From Candidatus Hermodarchaeota archaeon (GTDB taxonomy: Archaea > Asgardarchaeota > Hermodarchaeia > Hermodarchaeales > Hermodarchaeaceae): a stretch of DNA of 40,277 bases. The translations under genes were made by a program, and so were the position numbers. Position 1 is the first letter of the stretch. Each line of letters begins with the position of its first letter. Location: the NCBI GenBank assembly GCA_016839805.1, contig JAEOTO010000041.1:1-40277 (forward strand), read 5' to 3'. This document shows positions 31,653-39,763 of the stretch, one piece after another. The notes beneath the pieces are model-generated. The model was given only the letters and a program-made list of their open reading frames with translations. It ran no database searches and was not told where the DNA came from.

Positions 31653-32108
31653 CTAAAGGTATGTTTTCGATGCCTCTTTGTTCTGTAATCGTTGAGTAAT
31701 TCCCACCCAATTGCGTATTTGACTAAAATGCCCAACCGCATGGAACAAATTCTGTCGTATAGCCCCTTCAACCGTTGTCTGCTCACCCCATTGAAATGTA
31801 AAAGGTTCCCTCAATTTTTCATCAGAAAACGGTTTGATTGCCTCCATCATGCGATTAATCGCTCGATCCAAGTCCTTTTGATGAGATGGCGTTGGTTTAA
31901 ATCTCGTTAAATCCTTCAAAAACCAATTCCCTGCATCCTCAAAAATCGCCTGAACCGCATGATTAAACGTCTCCTCCACACTAAATTCCTTGGCATTCAC
32001 ACGATCCGCCCAACCATTCGCTGCATCAATTAGTGCAATCGTCTTTTTCCCGTGCCGACGCAACTCCTCCCACAACCGGAGATACACACTAATTTCACCC
32101 ATACACAC
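31653..32108 (-). CDS. DinB-like protein
   Basis: FSVEETFNH...FHAVGHFSQI His pattern. Confidence 0.75.
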   Translation of the reverse strand: MCMGEISVYLRLWEELRRHGKKTIALIDAANGWADRVNAKEFSVEETFNHAVQAIFEDAGNWFLKDLTRFKPTPSHQKDLDRAINRMMEAIKPFSDEKLREPFTFQWGEQTTVEGAIRQNLFHAVGHFSQIRNWVGITQRLQNKEASKTYL

Positions 32109-32267
32109 GCCACCAAGTTATGTATCTGTTTCAAAACCATTTAGCCATTTTATCTATCCATCAAAAATCCTTGCACCACCCAAAATTGTGGAAGGTACTG
32201 TGTGCAACTTTTAACACTGAAGTGACAGATATGAGTGACGTAAATCACACTTTGCTACTAATTATAA

Positions 32268-33389
32268 TTGGTGTTTATAGTGAGACCACAACCGTTGATG
32301 ATGGTTCCGGGACCAGTAGCCTGCCACCTTGAAGTATTAAAAGCCCTTGCAACCCAACCGTTACATCCACGGGATTCACATTTTGTGACCATGTTCCGTC
32401 GAGTATTGCAAGAATTACGTGAAGTATTTCGAGCGCCCGATGGTCAACCAGTCCTTTTCAATGGTGGTGGCTTACTAGCGATGGAAGTCGCCTTGGCAAA
32501 TTTCATTGAGCCCAAGGATCACATCCTTATCGTAAATAATGGATTCTTTGGCGAAGAACTCATTCGTGTCGCCAAGTGCTATACTCGTAACGTCGAAACG
32601 TTGACCGCTCCTCTCGGTGAACGAGTTCCCCTGGAAGAAATTAAAATACACCTAGATTCCCACCAGTTTCAGGTTCTAGCCGTCAGCCACGTCGATACAG
32701 GGAGTGGAGTCAAAGCTCAAATTCACCAGCTCGTCCAAACAGCACAAACAACCAACACTCTGACCATCGTGGATGCTGTGTCCTCAGTAGCAGGAGAACC
32801 CCTTGAACAATCAGACTGGGGAATTGATGTATGCTTTGCCAGCACCCAAAAAGCAATTGCTGGTCCCCCAGGAATCGCCCTTCTCATGCTCGGAGAAAAA
32901 GCAATGGATCAGCTTGATGCCCGGCAAAAACCAATATCATCGGTTTACCTGAACCTGAAACATTGGATTACTTCAATGCAATCGTATGAAGTCGAAGATG
33001 TCCCTCGCCTTGTCTCAACCCCTGCCACCAACCTTGTTGCCGCCCTGGATATCGCGTTGCACCTCATTCAACAAGAAGGATTAAAACAACGAATTCAACG
33101 TCACCACCACAACGCCCAAAAACTTCGCGAAGGAATCACATCACTAGGATTGAACTTGGTTCCTAAACACCGCGATTACCAAGCAAACACGATTACCACT
33201 ATCTATTCCCCCCAGCAGATAGTTGCTACAAAGGTTGTCAAACACATGCTAAACCATGGCGTCCGTATTGTCCCCGGATTAGGACGTTCCCGCGAAGATC
33301 TTTTTCGTATCGGCCATATGGGCAATGTAACTTCTAAAGATGTCAGTACTACCCTCTCAGTACTGAAGAAGGTCCTAACAAAATTGTAG
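32268..33389 (+). CDS. Class V PLP aminotransferase (alanine-glyoxylate / serine-pyruvate type)
   Basis: MVPGP, HVDTGSG, VDAVSS, STQKAI, FRIGHMG. Confidence 0.93.
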   Translation: MVFIVRPQPLMMVPGPVACHLEVLKALATQPLHPRDSHFVTMFRRVLQELREVFRAPDGQPVLFNGGGLLAMEVALANFIEPKDHILIVNNGFFGEELIRVAKCYTRNVETLTAPLGERVPLEEIKIHLDSHQFQVLAVSHVDTGSGVKAQIHQLVQTAQTTNTLTIVDAVSSVAGEPLEQSDWGIDVCFASTQKAIAGPPGIALLMLGEKAMDQLDARQKPISSVYLNLKHWITSMQSYEVEDVPRLVSTPATNLVAALDIALHLIQQEGLKQRIQRHHHNAQKLREGITSLGLNLVPKHRDYQANTITTIYSPQQIVATKVVKHMLNHGVRIVPGLGRSREDLFRIGHMGNVTSKDVSTTLSVLKKVLTKL

Positions 33390-33500
33390 TGAATTATCAC
33401 CTTTACTGCTTTACTCGATATTAGCTGAAACCTAGGTCGACCGTGATTGATAAAGCCAGTAAGAGCATCTTAGTCCATTTGACTAATGGAGGTGTAATCT

Positions 33501-34022
33501 ATGGATGCACTTGAAGCTATTATGACGCGTACATCCGTTCGTGATTTTACCAACGCCCCTATATCAGATGAACAAGTCGAGACACTGTTGAAAGCCATGA
33601 TTGCTGCTCCAAGTGGAGGAAATTTGCAGCCATGGCGTATCTATGTGATACGGAACAACGCCGTTAAACGACAACTCGTTAAGGGGGCACGAAACCAGAA
33701 ATTCATTGCGAATGCGCCTGTAGTGTTTGTGATTTGTCGGGTGCCAGATGAATCTGGTGATGAATATGGAAGTCGTGGACGAAATTTGTATTCCATCCAA
33801 GATACGGCTGCTATGACCCAAAATCTCTTGATTACAGCTCATGCCTTGGGCCTAGGTGGGTGTTGGGTGGGTGCATTTGATGACGCAGCCATTGCTACAG
33901 CCATTAAAACTCCCCTTAGTGTAATTCCGGTGGCAATCGTTCCGATTGGAATCCCTACAAAACTTCGAAAACCTAGAAGCCGAAAAGCTCTGAAACGTGT
34001 TGTCCACCTTATCCCAGAATAA
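33501..34022 (+). CDS. Nitroreductase family protein
   Basis: RTSVRDF, APSGGNLQPW, GLGGCWVGAF. Confidence 0.93.
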   Translation: MDALEAIMTRTSVRDFTNAPISDEQVETLLKAMIAAPSGGNLQPWRIYVIRNNAVKRQLVKGARNQKFIANAPVVFVICRVPDESGDEYGSRGRNLYSIQDTAAMTQNLLITAHALGLGGCWVGAFDDAAIATAIKTPLSVIPVAIVPIGIPTKLRKPRSRKALKRVVHLIPE

Positions 34023-34040
34023 AATGAGGACAAGCGGGAC

Positions 34041-34511
34041 CTAATCTGAGTTGCGTTCAATACGGGTCCATTTGAACCCTCGAGTTCGTCTGACTGGGGG
34101 ACGTGTTCTGTCCGTTTGGGTTGTGCGACCCTTACTATCTTTAGAAGAAGAGTGGGATTGGGAAGATAGATTGCGTTCCGTCTTTACTTCAGGAATGGTG
34201 GTAGTTGAGGATTGGAGTTTTCCATTTCTACCTAGGCTCAATTGCAGCCGTCCTTGGAATAGACTCGTTTGTCCACCGACTAATCGAAATACGTTCCCAT
34301 CTACTACTTGGGTAATGGCATCATCCCAGAGCGTTAAAAACATAACACCAGTTTCGTCACCAACAAGAACATCGGCGACTTGATGACTGGAGCCATCATT
34401 GCGGCTTCGTACCTTTCGAACGGCTTCAGTTTTCATAACCTTGAACTCAATCGTAATTCCCCGTTGAGAGGGACGGAGGTTAGCAAGTTTTAATTTTTGG
34501 CGAGTTGACAC
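34041..34511 (-). CDS. Third, more divergent OB-fold SSB-like protein
   Basis: VGDETGVMFLTLWD, TSLFQGRLQLSLGRNG; start placed at GTG 34511. Confidence 0.8.
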   Translation of the reverse strand: MSTRQKLKLANLRPSQRGITIEFKVMKTEAVRKVRSRNDGSSHQVADVLVGDETGVMFLTLWDDAITQVVDGNVFRLVGGQTSLFQGRLQLSLGRNGKLQSSTTTIPEVKTERNLSSQSHSSSKDSKGRTTQTDRTRPPVRRTRGFKWTRIERNSD

Positions 34512-34808
34512 ATCAATAACCTTGAACGAAATTACTGATCTGGAATCTAAAAACGTCGTAACCCACGGACCAACCCGCAAAAACAAGTTAGCAGCCAAGG
34601 GCCCAATGCCTTTTCAATAAACAGACCAGGGGAGCAATTCACGAAACCCCTTATATATCTACCCCGTCATGTCGCTAATCCAGAAAGCAACCAGCAACTA
34701 GAGAAGCCGCGATGAATCACACCAGCACCCTCTCAGGAATAAGTTATACCTCTGATTCATCCATTAAGGAAACCAACCAGAGAATACGCCAAGGAGATTC
34801 CGAGCATC

Positions 34809-35297
34809 ATGTCCGAGGAAAGACTTTGTATTTTCATTGATGGCGGAAACGTCTTCCACGCCGCCAATACCCTAAAGATCCACGTTGACTTAGCCAAACT
34901 CGTCACCGCCTTAACAGCTAACCGAACACTCATTCGAGCCTACTATTACGACGCTACCTCGAACACCCCTGCACAACAACGCTTCTTTGATAAACTACGC
35001 CACCTAGGATTCGCCGTGAAGACCCTCCCACTCCGCCAATACCAAGGAACCCCTTTTGAGAAAGGCATCGACGTCATGCTCGTCACCGACATGCTCACAC
35101 TCGCCCACACCAACACCTACGACACCGCCCTCCTCGTCTCCGGCGACAAAGACTTCACCTACACCCTCCAAAAACTCAAAACCCTCGGCAAAACCATCGA
35201 AGTCGCCGCCTTCACCCACGCCCTCGCCACCGAACTCCAACACGCCGCAGACAACACCATCCTCCTCGACCACCTGATACCCAAAATCAAGTTGTAA
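34809..35297 (+). CDS. NYN domain (LabA/DUF88, PIN-fold) protein
   Basis: IFIDGGN, EKGIDVML..D, LVSGDKDF. Confidence 0.92.
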   Translation: MSEERLCIFIDGGNVFHAANTLKIHVDLAKLVTALTANRTLIRAYYYDATSNTPAQQRFFDKLRHLGFAVKTLPLRQYQGTPFEKGIDVMLVTDMLTLAHTNTYDTALLVSGDKDFTYTLQKLKTLGKTIEVAAFTHALATELQHAADNTILLDHLIPKIKL

Positions 35298-35339
35298 AAA
35301 AAGCCTAAAAAAGAAAAAGAGAGGGAGGAGCAACCTCCC
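35296..35339 (-). terminator. Hairpin plus U-tract after actin 3'-end copy 4
   Basis: GGGAGG-TTGCT-CCTCCC followed by a T-rich tract. Confidence 0.7.
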
Positions 35340-35355
35340 GTTAAGTGAAGACCGT

Positions 35356-35409
35356 TTAGAAGCACCGATGGGCCACGCCAGCGCCCTGCTCCACATATTC
35401 CTTTTTTGT
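35356..35409 (-). repeat. Displaced actin 3'-end, copy 4 (TKKEYVEQGAGVAHRCF*)
   Basis: Direct repeat of actin exon 3; 8 synonymous codon changes, plus M>V and I>A. Confidence 0.9.
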
Positions 35410-35468
35410 TGAAACGCGTTTGATTCATAAGGTAGTATGGAATAGTAATGTGAATAGAGGTTGGGTTT

Positions 35469-35729
35469 ATGTCCGAACAAGTGATGAACACACCAGTTGG
35501 AAAGGTCACCAACTATTACGCAAAAATCAATGTCGCCGTCATCGAATTATCCGCCCCATTGAAGAAAGGTGATGAAATCGCCATCAAGGGCGCAACCACA
35601 GAGTTCACCCAAACCGTGGAATCCATGCAAATCGAACGCGAAGACATTGAATCCGCACAATCAGGCCAAGCCATCGGATTAAAAGTCAAAGAACGGGTGC
35701 GGATAGGCGATACCGTCTATCGCATTTAA
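35469..35729 (+). CDS. Translation-elongation-factor-like small beta-barrel protein
   Basis: VGKVTNYYAKINVA...LKKGDEI.IKG.TT.F.Q.VESMQIE...VRIGD.VY. Confidence 0.85.
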   Translation: MSEQVMNTPVGKVTNYYAKINVAVIELSAPLKKGDEIAIKGATTEFTQTVESMQIEREDIESAQSGQAIGLKVKERVRIGDTVYRI

Positions 35730-35805
35730 TGGATACACAGAAGACCTTTGATTACTACTTATCGTCCTACCTCGCTGTCGTTACCAAATCTGCAAAGCAT
35801 GGGGG

Positions 35806-36228
35806 TTAGAGGGTTAACCCTCCAATCTGGCGCAAAAAGTTTGCCACATCGATGAGCTGCCAAAACTCCGCGAGTTTCTCTTCTTCGAACCGGTACAAGT
35901 TGAAGCTACTGAACTTGATTTTCTTTCCAGTAGGGGCGATGCCCTGGAACTCACCTTGATGCGTCCCAGTAACGGTAATACGCATCGCCGCGCGATCCTC
36001 TGTGGCGAAAAGATCTTCAATTGTCACATGAACGTCAGGGAGCGCTTTCAGCACTAGTTGCATAAAATCACCAACTTCCTCACGTCCCTTCACATCCACG
36101 AAAGCACCTGCCAAATCGTGCCGAACGAAACCAGATGTAACCAACCGAGGAACCACTGTTAAATCCCGATCATTGAACGCCTGAATAATTCTTCTAATAA
36201 CCGCCATATTCTCTTCTGCTGTCACCAA
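35806..36228 (-). CDS. SnoaL-like ester cyclase (NTF2-like)
   Basis: ALPDVHVTIED, GTHQGEFQGIAPTGKKI. Confidence 0.9.
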   Translation of the reverse strand: MVTAEENMAVIRRIIQAFNDRDLTVVPRLVTSGFVRHDLAGAFVDVKGREEVGDFMQLVLKALPDVHVTIEDLFATEDRAAMRITVTGTHQGEFQGIAPTGKKIKFSSFNLYRFEEEKLAEFWQLIDVANFLRQIGGLTL

Positions 36229-36324
36229 ACAACCTCCAACCCCATATCACCCAACCAATAACATATCAGCCTACCGATTAATCCCCTCACACGCAAATTA
36301 GAATCAAAGTTCTTGAAATTAGTG

Positions 36325-36369
36325 AAAAAGAAACCAAAAAAGAGAGAAAATGGGAGGACAAGCCTCCCA
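36325..36369 (-). terminator. Hairpin plus U-tract after actin 3'-end copy 3
   Basis: TGGGAGG-CTTGT-CCTCCCA then a T-rich tract. Confidence 0.7.
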
Positions 36370-36385
36370 AAAGAAAACAGCCAAT

Positions 36386-36445
36386 TTAGAAGCAGCGGTG
36401 GATAACTCCAGCACCCTGCTCCATATATTCTTTCTTTGTCACCCA
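36386..36445 (-). repeat. Displaced actin 3'-end, copy 3 (WVTKKEYMEQGAGVIHRCF*)
   Basis: Peptide identical to exon 3; 6 differences, all synonymous. Confidence 0.93.
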
Positions 36446-36478
36446 TACCTCAGTTTCGCTCAACCAGAAAAAAGAAAG

Positions 36479-36907
36479 CTAGAGGGTGACTTCAGGAGGA
36501 GAGAGGAGAAGGAATAGGTTCCTGGATGGAGTGTCTTGTATTAGTGTCCACGCACTCCAGAACCCTTCTTCCGCAATTATAGCTAGTTGAAATCCTGCAT
36601 GACTTAACTTGAGGAGGTATTCGAGATGACGCACTTGCTGGCTTAACACCCTCTGCAATTGTGGTGTATAGTCTGAGGAATGTTCGCTGGCAGTTCCCGG
36701 TAAACTCAGCTCGTGAACCCAACTTGGTAAGGATACTTCGATGATAATCTTGATGGTATCTGCCTTCTGTGGGGTATGAGCCAGAAGTACTTGAACCCAA
36801 TCTGTTTCATGGACCAGGACTATCCCTTCGTCCTCATCCTCATCCAATGAAGTCTTTGCTTTGGCACAAAAGTCCTTGCATGCTTGAACAAAGTCTGAAT
36901 ACTTCAT
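36479..36907 (-). CDS. Hypothetical protein
   Basis: ORF with plausible RBS; no motif recognised. Confidence 0.7.
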   Translation of the reverse strand: MKYSDFVQACKDFCAKAKTSLDEDEDEGIVLVHETDWVQVLLAHTPQKADTIKIIIEVSLPSWVHELSLPGTASEHSSDYTPQLQRVLSQQVRHLEYLLKLSHAGFQLAIIAEEGFWSAWTLIQDTPSRNLFLLLSPPEVTL

Positions 36908-37141
36908 TGCTCTAAGTCCTTCTCTCATTTATCTTCGACCAAGTTTTTCGGTAGCCAGTCAATGTGAGTAGGAGAAGTCAAGTCACCAGATGCAAGAGGG
37001 CAGAAGGTTACATATTAGCTGGTGTGAAATCGCCGATTTACAAAAGTACCCTGCTTTATAAGACGGGTTAACAGAATGTCAACTTAGGAATCTCCCCTTG
37101 TTTTCGAAACAGTGAGCACAATCGAACTGAATCCAACTGCA

Positions 37142-38128
37142 CTATGTTTTGGTATGAGGTTCAGATGTGTTGAATAATTGCGCCCAGAATCGTTCCTTTG
37201 GGCCAGGGTAGAAGTGGTGAGCGTAATAGATAATGGGTCGAACGGACTCAACGCCATCTAGTTCGTTGATGTGGTTGATGATTTGTGGTGAGTAATTTGC
37301 GACTTTGACAAGAAACATGGAAAAAAGAACTGGAGCGGAAGCACTAGCATAAGTAAACCAGTATTCGAGGGGATATTCGCGTTTAAGTACTTCCACAATC
37401 TTACGTCGCTTTTCATCGCCTCCACGGAATGCAATCCGGGCGAGAAAACGTGTCGAGCCACCTTCAGCGACATCATAATCGGGGCATGGATGAAAACATT
37501 GTTGGGTGGTGCGATAGTCTCCGAGGCCTTTTTCATGAAACCATGTTGCTTCTGCGGATCCATTGGTGCCAATAAGATCGGCTAAGAGTTTTCGGACGCG
37601 CCGTTGGGTTAATCGAGTGAGTTGCGCAATTTCATTGACTGACATGCGAACATCCTTTCGAAGGCACCGCAATACTTGGAGATGCATCGATGTGAGGGTA
37701 CATTTCTTTCCTTTTTCAACCAGCAGGGTATGAAATTCAATGTCATTGACCGGTTCCAGTTCATGCAAGAATAAAGTGAGTTCATCTAATTCCTTCGAAC
37801 CAACATAGTCGGCATAAATCATCACATTCCCGTCAGCGAGGAAATTAACTCTATCAATCATCGGATGTGTTCCAAGACGCTCTCGGAACTCTTCACTGGG
37901 AGGAGGGGTTGCGATATTCAGAATGGCTGTACAAAACGAGGCACCCAGCATGGCATAGCTTGGGTAGAGGTAATATCGCCGAATGACGTTGCTGGCTTCA
38001 AGATTCACCACCCGATTGCGTACGGCAGTCACCGATAACTTCAATGCCCTTCCCAAAGCCCGATAGGATGTCCGTGGATTCTCCCCTAACAACAAGAGAA
38101 TCTGTTTGTCGATAAGATCCACTGGCAT
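37142..38128 (-). CDS. Lrp/AsnC-family regulator with tandem wHTH modules
   Basis: DLIDKQILLLLGENPRTSYRALG...AVRNRV and a second LRCLRKDVRMSVNEIA HTH. Confidence 0.85.
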   Translation of the reverse strand: MPVDLIDKQILLLLGENPRTSYRALGRALKLSVTAVRNRVVNLEASNVIRRYYLYPSYAMLGASFCTAILNIATPPPSEEFRERLGTHPMIDRVNFLADGNVMIYADYVGSKELDELTLFLHELEPVNDIEFHTLLVEKGKKCTLTSMHLQVLRCLRKDVRMSVNEIAQLTRLTQRRVRKLLADLIGTNGSAEATWFHEKGLGDYRTTQQCFHPCPDYDVAEGGSTRFLARIAFRGGDEKRRKIVEVLKREYPLEYWFTYASASAPVLFSMFLVKVANYSPQIINHINELDGVESVRPIIYYAHHFYPGPKERFWAQLFNTSEPHTKT

Positions 38129-38245
38129 CCTCACACCTCCCAATGAAATAACCTATACCTTCAAAGAGTAAAAATCCTATGGGTGACCCCTATACCTCGA
38201 ACGCTGTCAGTCGGGAAACCGCTACCGCTTAACCCAGCAAAACCC

Positions 38246-38277
38246 AAAAAAAAGAGAAAAGAGGAGGCACAGCCTCC
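38246..38277 (-). terminator. Hairpin plus U-tract after actin 3'-end copy 2
   Basis: GGAGGC-TGT-GCCTCC then a T-rich tract. Confidence 0.7.
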
Positions 38278-38294
38278 CAATAGGTGAAGACCGT

Positions 38295-38355
38295 TTAGAA
38301 GCACCGGTGAATAACGCCAGCGCCTTGCTCCATATATTCTTTCTTCGTCACTCAC
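38295..38355 (-). repeat. Displaced actin 3'-end, copy 2 (*VTKKEYMEQGAGVIHRCF*)
   Basis: 6 third-position differences from exon 3 (5 synonymous, 1 TGG>TGA). Confidence 0.93.
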
Positions 38356-38649
38356 AATACGAGGGTTGTGTGGTTTTAATTGCCTATTCCTGAAAACCAT
38401 AACGCATAAAAACCAACTAAAACCGGACCCCTTGAGCGAAGAAAAAAACTCAGTGAGACTAAACCTTTGATTCATGATGGCTCAGATTGTATACAGGTTG
38501 ACGAAACAACTACTCAGACTACATATGTTTGTCTGGACACGAACGAGTTATTTTTAGGTTTTCCAATTGTAGGAAAAGTCGATCGCACGAAGGCATTGAA
38601 TATTGCTCGTTGGTTACGCCCAACACAAAATGGGAGACAAACAGTAATC

Positions 38650-39693
38650 ATGAAATCCGCTCCAAGTAAGTTGATTCAGCAGCTAGGAGCAAATAACTAT
38701 GGAAATCAATGGTTTGTTAATTCTGTTAAATTAAATCGGTTCCTGAAAACGAAATTCTTGTTCAAAACGCAGTCAAAGTTAGAATTTCCACTTACGCGAT
38801 ATATCATTGAGTGGATTAAAGCAGGCGTAGATGTAAAGCGAATAGTGTTGCTCCTACTCTTAACAGAAGGTGGTGGGAAAAAATATCGAAACATCTTCTT
38901 CTATAATCGAAACCAATTGTATCACGAGCTTTTAGTCGATTGTATATGGCAACTCACAGAAGAGCTTCCAACGAGCTATATGATACCTAGTAAATACATT
39001 ACTAAAACTGGTGAAATCCGGAACACACCTGATACTGAATATTGGCATAAGAAAATCGTCCAACTAGTCTTTGAACTCAGTCCTTCACTCAAATGTAAGC
39101 CTGCTTTACTTCAAACAAAAACAGCTTATCAAAGCGAAGCCCAACCAAATGGTGAATACCTCCTAAAAGGTACTAAACTAGAAAAGGAGTTAATGGCCCT
39201 CCTTATTATTGGAACAGAAGGATACATCACACCCTTTAATAACCAAAATGGGTTTTGTTCAGCAAATATTGGGTTTAGATGTAGTCACCCAACACTCCTC
39301 CTCCAATTTATCAGAATTTTCAGAGACATCAACATCCACATGACTCTCATCAAGGATAAGAAGAGCTTTTCAAAGCTTGGTGGAGCCCACAATTCTTCTT
39401 ATGATACTGGAAAAAAGATTCTAGAACTAATTAGGAGACACGGAGATCTTCTCGGAACAATTCACGGGAACTCAATCTTTCATGAAGGAGTAAAAAAATC
39501 TAAACTTCTCATCGCTAGTTTAGATTTCTACATAAAACAGAAATCAGGTGCACTTAATCGGAGCATTTCTAGAAAACAGTTACACGAACTTCTTAACCAA
39601 CGAATTGAATCGCAAGCATTAATGCCGATACAGGAAATACTCAAGCACTTAGATCAGAACCCTCGTATCCACCGTAATATCAGAAGCCAATAA
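38650..39693 (+). CDS. Putative free-standing LAGLIDADG homing endonuclease (double motif)
   Basis: Two LAGLIDADG-like helices, VLLLLLTEGGG...IFFYNRNQLYHELL and MALLIIGTEGYI...IGFRCSHPTLLLQFIRIF; AT-rich; ORF open from 38467, ATG 38650 preferred. Confidence 0.7.
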   Translation: MKSAPSKLIQQLGANNYGNQWFVNSVKLNRFLKTKFLFKTQSKLEFPLTRYIIEWIKAGVDVKRIVLLLLLTEGGGKKYRNIFFYNRNQLYHELLVDCIWQLTEELPTSYMIPSKYITKTGEIRNTPDTEYWHKKIVQLVFELSPSLKCKPALLQTKTAYQSEAQPNGEYLLKGTKLEKELMALLIIGTEGYITPFNNQNGFCSANIGFRCSHPTLLLQFIRIFRDINIHMTLIKDKKSFSKLGGAHNSSYDTGKKILELIRRHGDLLGTIHGNSIFHEGVKKSKLLIASLDFYIKQKSGALNRSISRKQLHELLNQRIESQALMPIQEILKHLDQNPRIHRNIRSQ

Positions 39694-39735
39694 AAAAGAG
39701 AAAGGCTGGGTGCGTTCCATTAAGGAAGCACACCC
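39692..39735 (-). terminator. Terminator-like hairpin plus U-tract of the functional actin gene
   Basis: Imperfect GGGTGTGCTTCC-TTAAT-GGAACGCACCC stem followed by CTTTCTCTTTTTT. Confidence 0.55.
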
Positions 39736-39763
39736 GTTCCTTATAGAGGGGTTCACGCAGCGG

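Noticed and set aside
35356-38355. Displaced actin ends as alternative BHB-spliced terminal exons
   Set aside because: Copies 2 and 3 lack a 4-nt partner for the GCGU central helix, copy 2 starts with TGA, and terminators intervene. Copy 4 has ACGC-GUU upstream but no flanking helices. Not supported, though RNA-seq could test it.
38161-38475. Short ORFs 38161-38475, 36222-36446 and 35159-35512 with similar 'GAGxWxxP' peptides
   Set aside because: Off-frame translations of the actin 3'-end repeats, not a gene family.
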